From Neoechinorhynchus agilis (taxonomy: Eukaryota; Animalia; Acanthocephala), in NCBI GenBank assembly GCA_051530055.1, contig CM121341.1:3276151-3340150 (forward strand): 64,000 nt of DNA. The letters are read 5' to 3'. Below are positions 12,145 to 25,438 of this stretch, in pieces. How positions within the stretch are numbered: position 1 is the first letter of the stretch; every line of letters starts with the position of its first letter. The notes below the pieces were generated by a model. That model did no database searches. It was not told the DNA's origin and saw nothing but the letters and a program-made list of their open reading frames with translations. The position numbers and the translations under genes were made by a program.

Positions 12145-13710
12145 ATAGAACAGTTAGATGATTTTTGAACAATATTATTTTTCCTGAAAACGAATGGAAG
12201 ACGCTTTTTCAAATACTATTTTAGCAATGATGATATCAAAATGATAACGCAAATATCAATGATCGTATAAATCCTCGTCTAAATCACGAATTTTGTTCAT
12301 CTTTCTCTTTCTTGAAAATTTGGCCTCATCTCCAAAGCAATGTCTTCAATACCCTTCGCCCTTTGAGGAGGCTCAATAATTTCAATTTTCATTTCATTTT
12401 TAATCTCAACAAAGCAAACCGTAGTAAAATCGCTTTCTTTTAATGGAGTTCCCATATTATCCATATCGACATCTTTTAAGCTGTACTTTATCCATTTGGA
12501 AGGATCGTGGAAAAATGAAATTTGTGGGAATTGAATAGCACGTTTTGGGAATAAAGGATTTTCATCGGAATTTTAACATTTTCTCAAAGTTTGCCATCTA
12601 AAACACGAACATTAGCGTTATCCTACGGACTGGTAATCCGTGTTCTTGAACTCATTGTCCAGTGCAACCGATGGAAGGCAATAGAGCCTGCATATCAGCT
12701 TAAAATTACCATTGAAAAGGCAGTGGTGCTCTAGCTCAGAGGTTCCAGTGGACAATGAGTCAAGGAACGGGCTTTTATAAATATGTTGCAAGGCTAATGT
12801 TCGAAATTAGTGAACTCAAATCTGGATTGGCAAAACAACCAATAGAAAGAAATCGTTTATGTCAGTTTAGAATAATTTTAATGTCTTCAAAATGCTTTGA
12901 GAAAACATGACTTCCAAATCGACGACATTTCATCCGCTTCAAAAGACGAGTTCAATGTTATCAAAACGGTCCATGAGACACCAATGCGAGGAAAGCCTTT
13001 GCAAATGTGGACAGCCTATAATCAAGATTATCGTAGTCTACTAAACCATTAAGAGTTGTTTACCACAGTTCAAACTTTTATTTTAAATCACAGCGACGAA
13101 GGCATTCTACTTTCATCAAAGGGAAAAATTGGTAACGATATCGAAATGCGCGAAATTCCAAGTGGCAAAGGACATGGAACTCGGATGGATCATCAAAAAA
13201 AGAGTAATTCAACCGTTTCATTTTTACTTTTAATCAAGTCGTTTACTTAATCAATGCATTTATTGGTGTTTGATTAGTGCAATTTAAATTTTTAAAAAAA
13301 GTCGACGCATGCTAATTCTAAAATTTTATCTCAGAATCGCATTGTATTCCTTAGGACCAAATGGCCGCTAATCTTCCAATACATTGGATTTTCACGATTA
13401 TGCATAAATGTAAATCGCATTTTGAAATTTCCACAGGTTACAACCAGTAGCATTATTCAACTTTCAGTCTCGATTCATCTTTGGAACAAAAGATATAAAA
13501 TGAACTAATTCGATTTGTAACGAACACACTGGAGTTTAAGCGGTGTTTTGACAGGAAAAAATTATGCAGCTAAAAATTTGATAACTTCAGCATTGTCGAC
13601 TTTTTTGTTTTTTAGAGTTTAAATCAGCTTGATTATTTCTTGCTGCATAAAAAGCAAAATGATCTTATCGATATGTCAAAGTAACTTCGAAATTAACACT
13701 GTGATTTTTC
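12145..13710. repeat. Segmental duplication X, copy 1 (partner 27541-28868); contains a decayed unknown coding-like segment on the minus strand
   Basis: Long colinear identity with 27541-28868. Copy 2 lacks about 240 bp corresponding to 12860-13098; copy 1 lacks about 20 bp at 12330. Confidence 0.9.
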
Positions 13711-14683
13711 GATGCGTTTTAAAATGCTATTTACCAATATACTTCTACCGGATTTTATGAAGGCTTTTAAAAGGAACAGAAGATTTGCTGTTAATTTGCA
13801 TTTCTGAATGACTTCGCTTTAATGACGAATGTTCTCCAAGTGCTGTCTTTTTTGGGACATTGTGAAGAATTTCTTTTCCAAAAAATAACCAAGGTATTTT
13901 TTGTTGTTTGGAATGAGAGCTGATAATGCAATCGCTTGTATAAAAATTGCGAATGTTCAGGTTACTTGTAGGTTATTGGACGAGCTGCACAAGAAAAATC
14001 TATTTACCATAAATTGCCCGGTCATTTTTAGCCAATCAGCGCTCGATACTAAAATTGTTATTTATTTCTAGGAACGGTGATGGTTGAGAGTAATTATTTA
14101 GTAAAATTACATTATTTAAGGTTATTCCATTCTCGCGAATGATTGAATACCTTTAAATGAAATCTTAAGTTTCTCTTTATGAATTTTATCTTAAAAGTAA
14201 ACGCCGATTTATTCCTGTTGATGATCGAGGCGGAGTCAGACGAGATATGTAGAAATGTTAAATAGAATCGCTTCCAACCGTTTTCCTTCCATATAAATGC
14301 AACTTTTTCGTGTTGAATGTTCGATATGTTTAGATTTTAAGTCCAAAATAACTCATGCAAATCTCATGTTTAATTTTTTGGACTGATAGTTTTTGTAAGT
14401 TTCTTAGCTTCTCGGCTAATATTTTACAAAAACTTAAATATAGAAACTGATGCATATTTCATAATAAATTTCATTTAATGTTCCTACAAAGAAGTATCAA
14501 AGTCCAAAGCGATTGCATAAGTGGCATAAATCGTGTTTACAAATAGTTAATTTACACGATTAAAGAATGAAGGCATTTTGGAAAATCTATCAAAGATTTA
14601 AAGTCGATTTACATTTATTATAGACAATGATGGGATTCTCCATTTTTTTAACTTAAAAGCTATTCCTCGGGGAAACGCATACA

Positions 14684-16220
14684 ATCTTATCACGAGCAAT
14701 ATTCGATCAATGATTTCTTTCAACATTAATTTCAATTTGACGTTATGACAATAATATTCGTATGCTTTTTTCTCCTTTGAGCAAATACCTTCAGGGTTTT
14801 CTTTATTGTTGCAAAATGGCATTTGTAAATGTCCAGTAATATGTAGTTATTTAAATCCATTGTACTTCTACGTTCATAGTATTCTGGTGGTAAAATTTCG
14901 TCAAACTTAACTTATAAAAATGTATATTTTTAAACTTTTACGCTTCTGAACATCAAGGCTATCTTGATAATAAAAAATTCAATTCATTGTGTATCAATAT
15001 AGAAAGTACAGTTTAACTATGCTTTCGAATAAAAAAAGATGGGTTTAGAGAATCGAATCTTTGTTCATTAAGTATCTATTCACTGATCTCGAAATGACCA
15101 TGAGTAAAAAGGAAGACGAGAAAATTCAACGGAGTAATCCATTGGATTCTGATACTTACAAAGATTTAATCACTATGTCTATCGCAAGCAGCCTGCACGG
15201 TTATCTCACTCAACATGGCATCTATATTTGGATCATCCAAAACTTTGAATACTTCAGACAGCGACAACGGTTTTCTCTTTGCAAACAATCGAAAAGTGCC
15301 ACCCGCCACAGTCCCTCCGTTAATGAAAAGTTTTATCGGTTTCCACCTACCAATCGTAAAAGACCATCGCTTTGGGCTATAAATCCAAATTACAAAAAAG
15401 GAATACCGAATAGAAAACGAAGTATTGATTCATTCACAGGAGATCAAGGGGCCGTGGAGGCACGCCGTCCGAAAAATACACCCCATCATTCGCAGCAATG
15501 CGATGCCACTTTCGACCTTCAAAATAATCCATTCATAAACAATCCGACGAACACTAATGGATTCATTTTTAATAGTCCACTAAATGTACCGCCTGCGGAT
15601 ATAAATGCCGGCATCGGTCAAAATTCTTTTGCCTATTTCGACAAACAAAACCCGGAATTCGGATTCCAACCGCTTTTAAATGCGTACAATTCGACCGCAG
15701 TAGCTACAAATCCCCAAGTTTCCACGAATGTGGCAACAAATCCGACTTATGGATATCAAGGTCAACAGTTGGTCCAACAACAGTTTTTCAACAATGGACA
15801 AGTTCAAAATGCTCAACATTACTCTAATGGCTATCATGGAGGCCAAAGCACTTACCAAAATACTCCACAAACCATGCAATTCTATCAACCAAATAACGAT
15901 TTTAATTTCAATCAGCAACAACCTACACAAAACGTACAGATTTCCTCTCAAAACCAATGTGCTCCTCAGAATTATTTAAATGCAAGCGAAGTGATTAAAC
16001 GTCAATTTCCAGTCCAAAACGAAGCAAGAGATCAAGCCTTTGAACCTAATAGTAGACCCTCGAACGATCCTCCTTTTACTGAACCAAATTGAAATCAACG
16101 TTTAGAGCAACATTTAGTAGATGATTGCATATTCCAAGTGCAATCTTGAGTTGTGCCTCAAATAGTGTTGCGCATCTCTTAGATAAATTAGATTTAGCGT
16201 AAATTTAGTGATTATTGGCG
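14684..16220. repeat. Segmental duplication Y, copy 1 (partner about 34710-36255), carrying the forkhead gene
   Basis: Near-identical upstream flank, colinear CDS and shared 3' flank; smaller shared pieces at 13810-13990 match 34110-34160 and 34470-34560. Confidence 0.93.
15094..16092 (+). CDS. Forkhead-domain protein paralogue A (degenerate recognition helix), intronless, Q/N-rich C-terminus
   Basis: TYKDLITMSI...IYIWIIQNFEYFR...SKSATRHSPSVNEKF...LWAINP aligns to the forkhead fold. 999-nt ORF from ATG 15094, same length as paralogue B. Confidence 0.85.
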   Translation: MTMSKKEDEKIQRSNPLDSDTYKDLITMSIASSLHGYLTQHGIYIWIIQNFEYFRQRQRFSLCKQSKSATRHSPSVNEKFYRFPPTNRKRPSLWAINPNYKKGIPNRKRSIDSFTGDQGAVEARRPKNTPHHSQQCDATFDLQNNPFINNPTNTNGFIFNSPLNVPPADINAGIGQNSFAYFDKQNPEFGFQPLLNAYNSTAVATNPQVSTNVATNPTYGYQGQQLVQQQFFNNGQVQNAQHYSNGYHGGQSTYQNTPQTMQFYQPNNDFNFNQQQPTQNVQISSQNQCAPQNYLNASEVIKRQFPVQNEARDQAFEPNSRPSNDPPFTEPN

Positions 16221-16263
16221 GTTGGGGGATATTATAGCTGAGTTAAATATATGACTGGATTTC

Positions 16264-19200
16264 ACACGGTGATCAATGAGCTCATTTAAATGCTACTAAC
16301 TTTTTCGTGCTAGTTTTTGTGATCGTCTATTCCAGTCCTACCAAAAAGATGGTTGCAAAATTTAGACCAAAATGGAGTCCTAAATCTTGGTATAATTTTT
16401 CTTTATTAAAGGATCTAAATTGCACGTTGTGATGCTCCTCTTCGGAGCACCTTTATTTTACGCGCTGTTTATGGATAAAAATTGCGCTGCGATATCCAAG
16501 AATAGTTGGTCACCATGATTTCGGATTCATCGACCGTTTTCAAGAGAATTTTCTCATAAGAATTGGCAAGGTATACTTTGGAGAATACACGCATTCGGAA
16601 TGAACTTCGATATTTTAAAGAGATTATTGAAATCGACTATGCCATTATGGCATTAAACAAGTATTCTCTAATAAGTTTCATACAATGGTAGCGTTTATAC
16701 ATCCTAATGAAAAGGAATTATAAAAATGGTCAAAGAAATTGACATTACAGTTGACTACTTCCCTCTTATGATCATCTTCCTCGCGATTGTGAAGATAAGA
16801 TTCGAGCCAGCGGATATGCCACAAGTTGAGACCAAAATCGGAGAAGGGCCGGAGAAGGAGTGAATGGTCCACGGAGTCGAAAGCGTTCGATAAATCAAGT
16901 TGAATGAGACGGGTGAAACGGGAGGGATTACTGTCGAGGTTACTTAAGAGCGTGTTATAAATGTAAAGTACAGCGCCGGTTGCAGAAAATTTGGGCCAGA
17001 AGCCAAATTGTAGGGGCGATAACTTTTCCTGGAGTGAAAAAAGGCGAGATTTAAAACACTTTTCGATGATTTTTGAATGGATATTTGACGGAATAAACTT
17101 TTGGTTAACATAGACCCGGTCATAACCTATTTGATTTTGATTTATTTGAGATATTTCGCGAGGTAACCTCGCCTCATCAGTCATCTAAAAATATGTTTTT
17201 CATCTTAAGTTTTTAAGCTCGAGTGCGCGGTATCGCCTAACCCGAAGGTCGGGGACCAATTATTCGCTCGGCTATACTGCGTTTTTCCATGATTTTAGTA
17301 TTGATTTTTAACACGTCGCTGGTTAGAAGTTTCAAGCTAAAATTAGCTTTATTTCCTTCCATTGTGTTGGACACAGCGATGTGTGAGACCTCCAAAACAA
17401 GACGTCTTTTTAAGTTTTGCTTTATTTCTATAAAGTTGGTGCCACCAAAATCCACTCGATGCTTACATGTCTCTCGATGATTAGAGATTGCTGACGAATG
17501 CTCAAATCGACTGCAGACTTGCTATTGTTGTGCGACCCTCTTCTCGATGCCTTGTATCGTTTGTCCGATATAGACTTTCTCACACTGATCACAGTGAATT
17601 CTATAGATCTCATGGGTCGGTTCAGTTTTACCCTTCCTCTTGGATGTGAATCCGATAGCGATTCCTTTAGTACTGTATAGACGAATTCCAACCTTCTTAT
17701 TCATAATGGAGTAAATCAATTGATTCGTTTCATCATCAATGAAGTGCGCTTCCCCGGTCTATAATCCTTTTGGGATATCCCCTCATTTTCAGCTCCTTTA
17801 CTATAATCTCCCTTTCCCAGCCGAGATTTTATGGGTCATCGGTTGGTAACTTGATCAGTGTGGTGGTCCTCATGGTAGATTCGTCTTGCGATAAAGTCCT
17901 AATTTTGCCTTGTGCAAGACGCTTGACAGGGACGTCCAGAAACGAGACCTCAAAGAGCTTCCATTTCGCACTGAATAGCTTCCGCTGATATATCATTAAC
18001 TGTGCTCATCGCTTCAATTAATGAGTTCTTTAGAGTTTCAGTAACTCGTTTAAAGCATTTCTTTAGTGCGACATCCATAAGAGTGGAATACTTGGCTGAT
18101 TCTCGTTCACTGTTCGTTGATTTGTTAAGAGAGTGGATGTTGAGCATCTTAGTTTAGCGAATATTTTTGCAGAATAGCACGTTTTTTATCGTTTGTAAAA
18201 ACCCTATTAAACATCGTAAATTTTTCACTTGAGTTTTTGTTAGTAGGGAAAATCTATAAAAATTTGAGATTGCAAGAATCACTATGCAAAAAACCTAAAC
18301 TCCATGTCTCATGACTACGATGGATTTCACAGGAAATAGGATGTATTCTTTGGTTTATTTAGAATTAGTTTTGTCACCAATTTTAGTCCGGATGGATCAC
18401 GCCAAGTGGACACATCCACAAGCGTATTTCAAAATTCAAAACGCATGTCGTGCGCTGTTTATGGATAAAAATTGCGATGTCCGAGAATAGTTGATCTCCA
18501 TCCTTTGCTGAAGTCTCGTGGTTGAGCCTAGCACAGTTGAGCGACAGATGATTGAGTCTTAGAAGGTTAGATTTCGTTCTCCCTTCCTTTGTAGATGTAA
18601 AAAGTCGGGTGAGTGTACCACGACTTCGAGTTCATCGACCTTTTTTTCTAAAGATCAATCAGCTTGTTTTTCTTAAGACGTCCCACTCCAAAGGAGAATT
18701 TTCTCGTAAGAGCGAAAGATGCAGTGCAGAGAGATCTCGACCCACATTAAAATGTTTTATTCCTTCCAATCATTCTTATGTGACAATGGCGAATTTAAAA
18801 TGAATAGAGCATCCTCTAAGAAAAACATGAGTTGCATTTTAAAATCAATTCTGATCTTAAGAAGGATATGGTCACCAAAAGCGAATTGAACAAAGCATAA
18901 GCTGTTAAGATCGAGCGATTAGAACAGCTTAGTTTGTGCAGTTAAAATTGTTGTTCGTAATACGATGAAAAAAGTTGTTTTTATACAATAATTTCCGTGA
19001 TTAAGTTTTTTCTTTGATATTTTAATTCAGGCTCAAACAAAGCACAAAATTAAGCGGTATAATTATGAAATTAAATAGAATTTTGCGGCAGCAACAGCTA
19101 GAAACTTGTTGTGCGTTAAACGAAACTGATACCGCTAAAACAGCATCGTCCAGCAACAACGAAAAAGGCTATATAAATTTGATTTACAGATCGATCGCCC

Positions 19201-19350
19201 ATTCTTGCTATTAAATAGCAGCAAATTGATACTTTGTTAAATTGGTCTTGCTGATCGTAAAACAATCGATAACGATGAAATTATCGATTTGGGAAGTTGT
19301 AGTGTGAAAAAGGCTAAAAAATAATCAACAGATATTGATTTTTTAAATGT
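16264..19350. repeat. Segmental duplication Z, copy 2 (partner 1-3084), including L2 RT, hammerhead, GIY-YIG and ORF1 remnants
   Basis: Offset of 16263 from copy 1 verified at several anchors. Confidence 0.95.
17147..17183 (-). ncRNA. Minimal hammerhead ribozyme motif, family A (duplicate of 884-920)
   Basis: Identical to 884-920. Confidence 0.75.
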
Positions 19351-19489
19351 TGGTCAAAGAAATTGACATTACATTTGACTACTTCCCTCTTGTGATCACC
19401 TTCCTCAATTATCATCCGTATGAACCCCCGTTGAATTTTCTCTCATTGGGTAAACTTTTAAAGTTTCAGGGAATCGGCTGATGATTTCA

Positions 19490-19610
19490 ATCTGACATTA
19501 TGCCAAAAATGCGCCCAATGGGGACATTATACTTCGTCGTGTTTAAATCACAGATAAAATTAAATTCTGCAATCGTGGCCTTCTCCATCTGTCCGAACTT
19601 GCGTTACGAA
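19490..19610 (+). mobile_element. CCHC zinc-knuckle remnant (gag/ORF1-like)
   Basis: ctg aca tta tgc caa aaa tgc gcc caa tgg gga cat tat act tcg tcg tgt = LTLCQKCAQWGHYTSSC (C-x2-C-x4-H-x4-C), followed by stops. Confidence 0.45.
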
Positions 19611-20671
19611 ATCCCTTATAAAGAAAATCGAATCAACTAATGGGTGGCCGCGAAAAAAAAGGATTTCACAGTATTCTAATGTGATCGAGCCATTAGTGGC
19701 GAATTTGAAGCGAATTGGCCTTTATTGTTTCCTCTTCATTCGCAGTCTTCAAAGAATGAAACCCAGCAGGACCCGTGTTCCCCAATAGAGTCCTAAAACA
19801 ATCTAGTCCCTGCTCATGTAAAAGGAAATCGATAATCTCCATAAGACGGTCAATACGATTCTATTGTTACTTACCAACGGCAGAATACTGATTCCGGTGA
19901 GTTTCGGTCTCGGTCAGCATTTCTATGACAAATCTACCCTTTGTCTACCAAACGCTAACATTCTCATTCACTAACACTAGACAAATCCCTGAATAAACGG
20001 ACACCAAATTCAATGACAAACACGAACAATCAGTAAATTTTTGTTTCGTGACATTCAACATATTTAGGGCTTTTCCCTACCAAATCAAATTTTGAACAAA
20101 ATAAATGAGGAATATCCGGATACTTTATATTTCTAAGAAGCATGTCTTAGATTTCCTCCTAAAAGTAATATATGATTCATTCTTAACCCAATCTGCCTCC
20201 CCTATAGGCTACAAGCTACTTGGTTTCTTGGGTGGTCCAAAAACTGTTGAGCTCTTAAACTAAAATTTTTATACCAATCCAAAACTAACAATTTTGCAGT
20301 ACAATATTAGAGAATTCTAAATCCATTTTATAAAATTAGCCCATTGTCGTTTACCAAATCTTTTTTAGATTTTATTTAATAAACGTTTTATTAGGTAATT
20401 GAGCAAATTTCAATCACGCACTTTGAGTAGCCGCCCATTCCAATAATGAGAAGCATTGCTGTATCTTCTAATTTTTCCCTTGAAAAGCACTTGGATGGGT
20501 GGCAATCAACTAGTTCAAAGGAAGCAAATCATTTTAGCTGCTTGCTAAGTTTTTTTAACTGAAAAGTAAAGAAAATAAATAATTTATGTTCGAAAATTTA
20601 CCGACGATCTGATCAAAATAAATATAATCTTAGCGTTCGAATTGTATTTTAGGATCTGTATATTTCTTTTA

Positions 20672-21106
20672 CATTTAATTTTCTCATAATAATTCTGAAG
20701 AACATTTTCGTGATGACTAGAAATGTGAAATAAACCAAGTTTAAGAATTCATTTTATTCCATCATCGGGGGAGCTAGCAGGCAAAATTTCAAAGTCGAGT
20801 GTATATATTTCAACTGATTCGATCAGTGATTATCAAATCTAAAAAATGAGTATGTAAGGTCGCCAACAAACGACATAATTGTTCGTCCCGCATTAACGAA
20901 TCAAAAGGAAAACAATCCTGTCATCTGTTTGTGACCAATACCTGCTTATTTTTTAGATAGAATTGACAATGACTGCTAATTGTGGGTTGAAATCTTGCCC
21001 GCTAACTCCCCCGATGATGGAATACAATAAATTCCGAAACCTATGTCATTTCATCTTTATAGTGCTCACGAAAATGTTTCTGGAATTACTATGAGAAATT
21101 TAAATG
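20672..21106. mobile_element. Palindromic MITE-like element with imperfect arms of about 120 bp
   Basis: tattccatcatcgggggagctagcaggcaaaatt (left) is the reverse complement of aatcttgcccgctaactcccccgatgatggaata (right); outer ends catttaattttctcata / tatgagaaatttaaatg. Confidence 0.75.
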
Positions 21107-21249
21107 GAAAAGAAATATACAGATTCTCAAAATAAGAATAGTCAAAAAATTTCATCCTTCGCAAATAAGAATAATGGCAATTCAAAATGATCTCATCTCC
21201 TGCTTCGAGAGGTTAATAAATAATAACCGGTTTAAGAATATTATTGGAC

Positions 21250-21490
21250 GACGAGACACTGCGCGTCTTATTTGGCCTCCGTTTTGGATTGAATAACTGC
21301 ATCCCGCACCAATGTTATTGCGGCTCAGCTGGCAAACGTGGATTCTGCAGGGAGGTTCCCGAGACAGTCGGTACTTAATGACATAATCCGAAGAGTTTTT
21401 TCCCGCATTAACATTCCTAGCATTCTCGAGCCAGATAAGCAATCTAGGACGTCTCGATGGAAAACGCTCGGACGGAGTTACCGTCTTCGC
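21250..21490 (+). mobile_element. Short CRE-like RLE remnants
   Basis: SAGRFPRQSVLNDIIRRVFSRINIPSILEP (ORF 21338-21583). Confidence 0.65.
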
Positions 21491-21994
21491 CTGTTGCCGT
21501 TGATGCTGTTTTATGTGGAATTCCATTCTTTTTTCATGGATTCAAGTTCCCATCGCAATTTTCGTCTGTGGGACATCGATTGAAATCCAAGTTGACCAAA
21601 ATTTCTAATCTTCAAAATCATCGCATTTCTTGTTTCGAAAGGATAATAAATACGAAGATATTTAATTTCCTTATCAAAAAGAAACAATTTCGAATTGTGG
21701 TGAACATTATCCCCTGGCATGACATATTTAATTTATTGGAAATATTTCACGAAGTAACCTCGAATCATCAGCCACCTAAAAAGGTTTTACATGTTATGTG
21801 TTCTATGGATCACGCGTACGGAATCGCCATTTCCGAAGTTCGGGGATGTATGCTCACCACAATTTTAATTATATTATCCCGAGGGATTTTTTATCGATGA
21901 GAAACTAATGGATTCATATCGAATAAAGGCGTTCACACCTTCTTAGCTCATCTTTATTCCCAAAATGAATCACACATCAACGTAAATTGTTAAA

Positions 21995-22860
21995 GTACAA
22001 AACGTGCAATCACCACCGTCCGCAAAATTGGAGCTTCCCTCCTTCCTCGGCTGTCGCTATCACGCTAGCGGCATTTAATCGTTGTACTGCGAGCGAGATA
22101 TTTTGTCGCAGGAATACAACTGCTCGTGCGTCGCCGGTCGTTTCTTTCAATTTCTTCGAGAGATCCTGGAGCAGAGTGCCGAGTTGCCAAGCGTTCCATA
22201 CGTCTCTACTCCGAAGGGGACAAAATAGTGGACCCTTGCTAATTCTTTATATTTTCGTACCTTTCTCCCTTCCGCCGCACGGACTGCAGCTCCAGCGATT
22301 TCGAGAGAATAGGGAATGTTGCTTACTGCGAGGGACGTGGCGTCCCAGAGAAAGCATTTGCCCTCCTGCCACGGGAAGACCGAAATTCCATCGGGCCTAC
22401 TGCCGTCTAGTCGACAAAGGTGGGCGGGTTCCAGGATGTTCGGGAAGTTCACCGTTCTCAACGCCCGAGAAATTGATCTCAGAATGGCGTGAGAACGTTC
22501 CTCCTGACCTTCTGCAGACGATACCGTGTCGCCCGAAAGCATCAACCAAAGACCCACATCGACAGCGATGGGGCGTGCGTATCGGGAGACCAAGTACTAA
22601 AGACACTGCGATCCTCGTTACCTCATCAGTAAGAAGAGTTCCCACTGATGCCAGAGGAACAGCCTCCAACCACGCCCCAGATTCTCGTGTTGAAACTGCC
22701 AACAGTCTAGCTCGGACGACCCCATCGCGAGAACCTGAAAGCTCTCGCGACGAGAGGTCTGTCCCAGATCGACTGTCTGAGGCCATTCACGGGAACATGG
22801 TTAGCGCCTGTCTGTTGGCACCATTCCTCAACCGCCACCCAATAAACTTTTACTGCAACT
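21995..22860 (-). mobile_element. CRE-like LINE 3' portion (zinc knuckle, RLE and 3' end)
   Basis: RLLAVSTRESGAWLEAVPLASVGTLL...HRCRCGSLVDAFGRHGIVCRRS...RHSEIN; RPDGISVFPWQEGKC; KVRKYKEL; 3' end shared with 61590 and 62470. Confidence 0.9.
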
Positions 22861-23149
22861 GAACCTTACTAAAGTCCTTGATTCTGTAAGTCGGAACCTT
22901 TTATATGAAACTTTACCTTCCTTTTTAAGTACAAAAGCGTCTAATTTACATAATTAATAATTTGATACTTATTATAAATACCATGAAATCATTCACACAA
23001 CCGCTCTGGATCACTCAGCTGCCATCCTGGTGTAACGGTTGAAAGGACGGAATCAGCGTTTCCCTTCCGTTGCACAGCCAGACTTATGTTTTGTAGGAGG
23101 AATGCTCCTGCCCTCTGATCGCCAGTGATTCGTCTCAATCTCTTAGACA

Positions 23150-24330
23150 ATTGCTTGACCGGGTCCTAAGCCGCGATACCAAACGACCCGAATGTCTCGA
23201 CGCCAAAGGGAACGAAATATTGATTTCAACTCAGGTCCCTGTATTTGGTCGTTTTGCGGTCTTCAGCAGCGGTTTTTACTCTTCCTCCAGTTTAATGGTG
23301 GCGATTTTTATGTTGCTGGTCGCGAATGACGTCCTCGAGAAGGCATTTTCCTTCTCGCCACGGGAATACTGTGACACCGTCTGGTCTACCGCGGCCATCG
23401 AGTCGGCAGAGATTGGTCAACTCTAGGATGTTGGGCGCATTCACAGTATTCAGGGCACGACTAGGAAAATTGCTTTCATTTCGATGTGTCGTGAGTACCT
23501 TCCAGCGGACTGTCGGCAGACGAGACCATGGCGTCCTGATGGTTCCACGGTCGCTCCCCAACGGCAGCGAGGGATGTTCACCGCCGGAATGTACCCACAG
23601 AAACGATGGGATAGCGTTGAGCCAAGCGCCCGATTACCTTGTAGAGACGGCCGCCAATCGAGTTCAGTTCACCAGGTCACAAGAATCTGAAATTAAAGAG
23701 TTATGAATTCTCGCTACGAGGGGTGAGTCCCAAACTGATTCTTTGCAACCATTGACGGGTACCTGCTCGTTGCCTGAATCTCCACACCAAAGATTAAACG
23801 CCTCTACGAAATCTTCATCTAAAGTGTAATTCTCGCCAAGAAAGGATTTAACTACTTTGCGGTTTGCTTCATACGATCCCAAATAAGCTGGCAGAGAAAT
23901 ATCGGCTGATTTTCGGATACCCAAACCGCCGGACGACACAGGCAAGGACGCTTGACCCCAGGCCTCGTCCGACATCTGAGTAGTTAAAATTTTCTCGAGA
24001 GAGGCTTTCATCGTCTCGTCTAATTTTGCCAGCTTATCCTTATGTTTAAAAAAGGTGCAGTGCGCAGCTTATACAACAGTTTTGGAATGAAGGACGGGAT
24101 TGACAGCGATTGAGAAGGTCAATGGACCCAAAGGATCCCGATGTTGAACTCATCTTTTTGACCACAAAACGTGGTTATTGAACAACAAGGGAGTTGGCGT
24201 CCCATAAGCATTAACGAAATAGCGAAATGCTTCTGGTGCGTGCCTCTGCGCCACAGGGTTCACAGCAGCCAAACTGAGTTGGGCGAAGCAGCATCCATAC
24301 TTTTTCCGCGATCTTTTTATTTACAATTTT
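23150..24330 (-). mobile_element. CRE-like LINE, internally deleted (RT domain 4 fragment to RLE)
   Basis: LWSKR*VQHRDPLGPLTFSIAVNP (QGDPLGP-like motif) near 24120-24170; QASLPVSSGGLGIRK; RPDGVTVFPWREGKCLL. Confidence 0.85.
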
Positions 24331-25438
24331 TGCTGTTTTTTTATTTTTGCTGTTAAGCGGCGCAGAATTATTCCAACACTAAGGCGAAAAATCTTACAGC
24401 GATCCAAATCAAAGGATATGACTTAGTTCAAGATTTCATTTTGCCTAATAGGCTATTCGGCACTAAAATTATTCAATGTTTTATAGATCACAGCTTGATC
24501 AATAAGGTTAAGGCCTTTGTTTATGTCTAATTAAATAACTGCCGTATTTGCAAAATTAATTGTTTAATTTAAGTAATTGAGACTGCTGAGGAGTGAATGA
24601 ACCGTCCCGTCCCTTTCTAAATCCTTGAAATTTATTTGGAAAGATGTTCGTCGGACGATCTTGTATCAAAGTAAAAACGTACATCAGATGGATATCCAAC
24701 TTCCCTCTTTTTATTTTTCGGTGAAATATTTTTTAGAAACATTAATATCGTATTCGTCTTCAATATTAATTAAATTAATAAGAAAATTTTAAAACCTATT
24801 TTTTGTTACTTTTAAATTTCTCCTCTATTTTTGTATTCGCGTAAACTGACGTTACCGGATGAAGCCTTTTGTGATTAAATCTCTGGGTGATTATCGCTCA
24901 AATATCAGAGCGTTTAATTCGTTTTGGCCTACTCTTAGTTGTTACTTAGAAAACTTCTATTTTTCTTGATTTTTCTTTTAAAGAAGCATTTTCTGTTTTC
25001 GATATACTTATTTGCTCTTTAAGAACGTTTATTTTAGCCTTCAACCCACCTTTCTTTTCCAAATTATTAAAAGAAATGTACTATGTTTTCGGCAATTTTC
25101 AAGGTTCGCTTTTACTGAAGGTCAGAATCTCTTGAAAGAAAAATGATTAGCTCAACAATTTCAACAATCTGAAAGTTTTGCCTCTGTTGTGATGAAATAT
25201 TCTTATCAATAAGATTTCCATTACTAGTACTCTTAATGGCTGTAAACCTTGCAAGTAGGATGTTTTTATCAATATAAGAAATGAACATGTAAATATTGCA
25301 ATTAAAAATTGTTCCAAGTCCAAAGAGCATCCCTCGATCCATATTCTTATATTTTCAACCATAGAATAATCCATGCGAATTTTTTATTATTGCTTGGAAT
25401 TTGGAAAGGATTCTAGTACTTGTAATTTTTCCTATTTC

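Noticed and set aside
21987-22862. 291-aa plus-strand ORF
   Set aside because: Antisense shadow of the GC-richer CRE-like element; no independent motifs.
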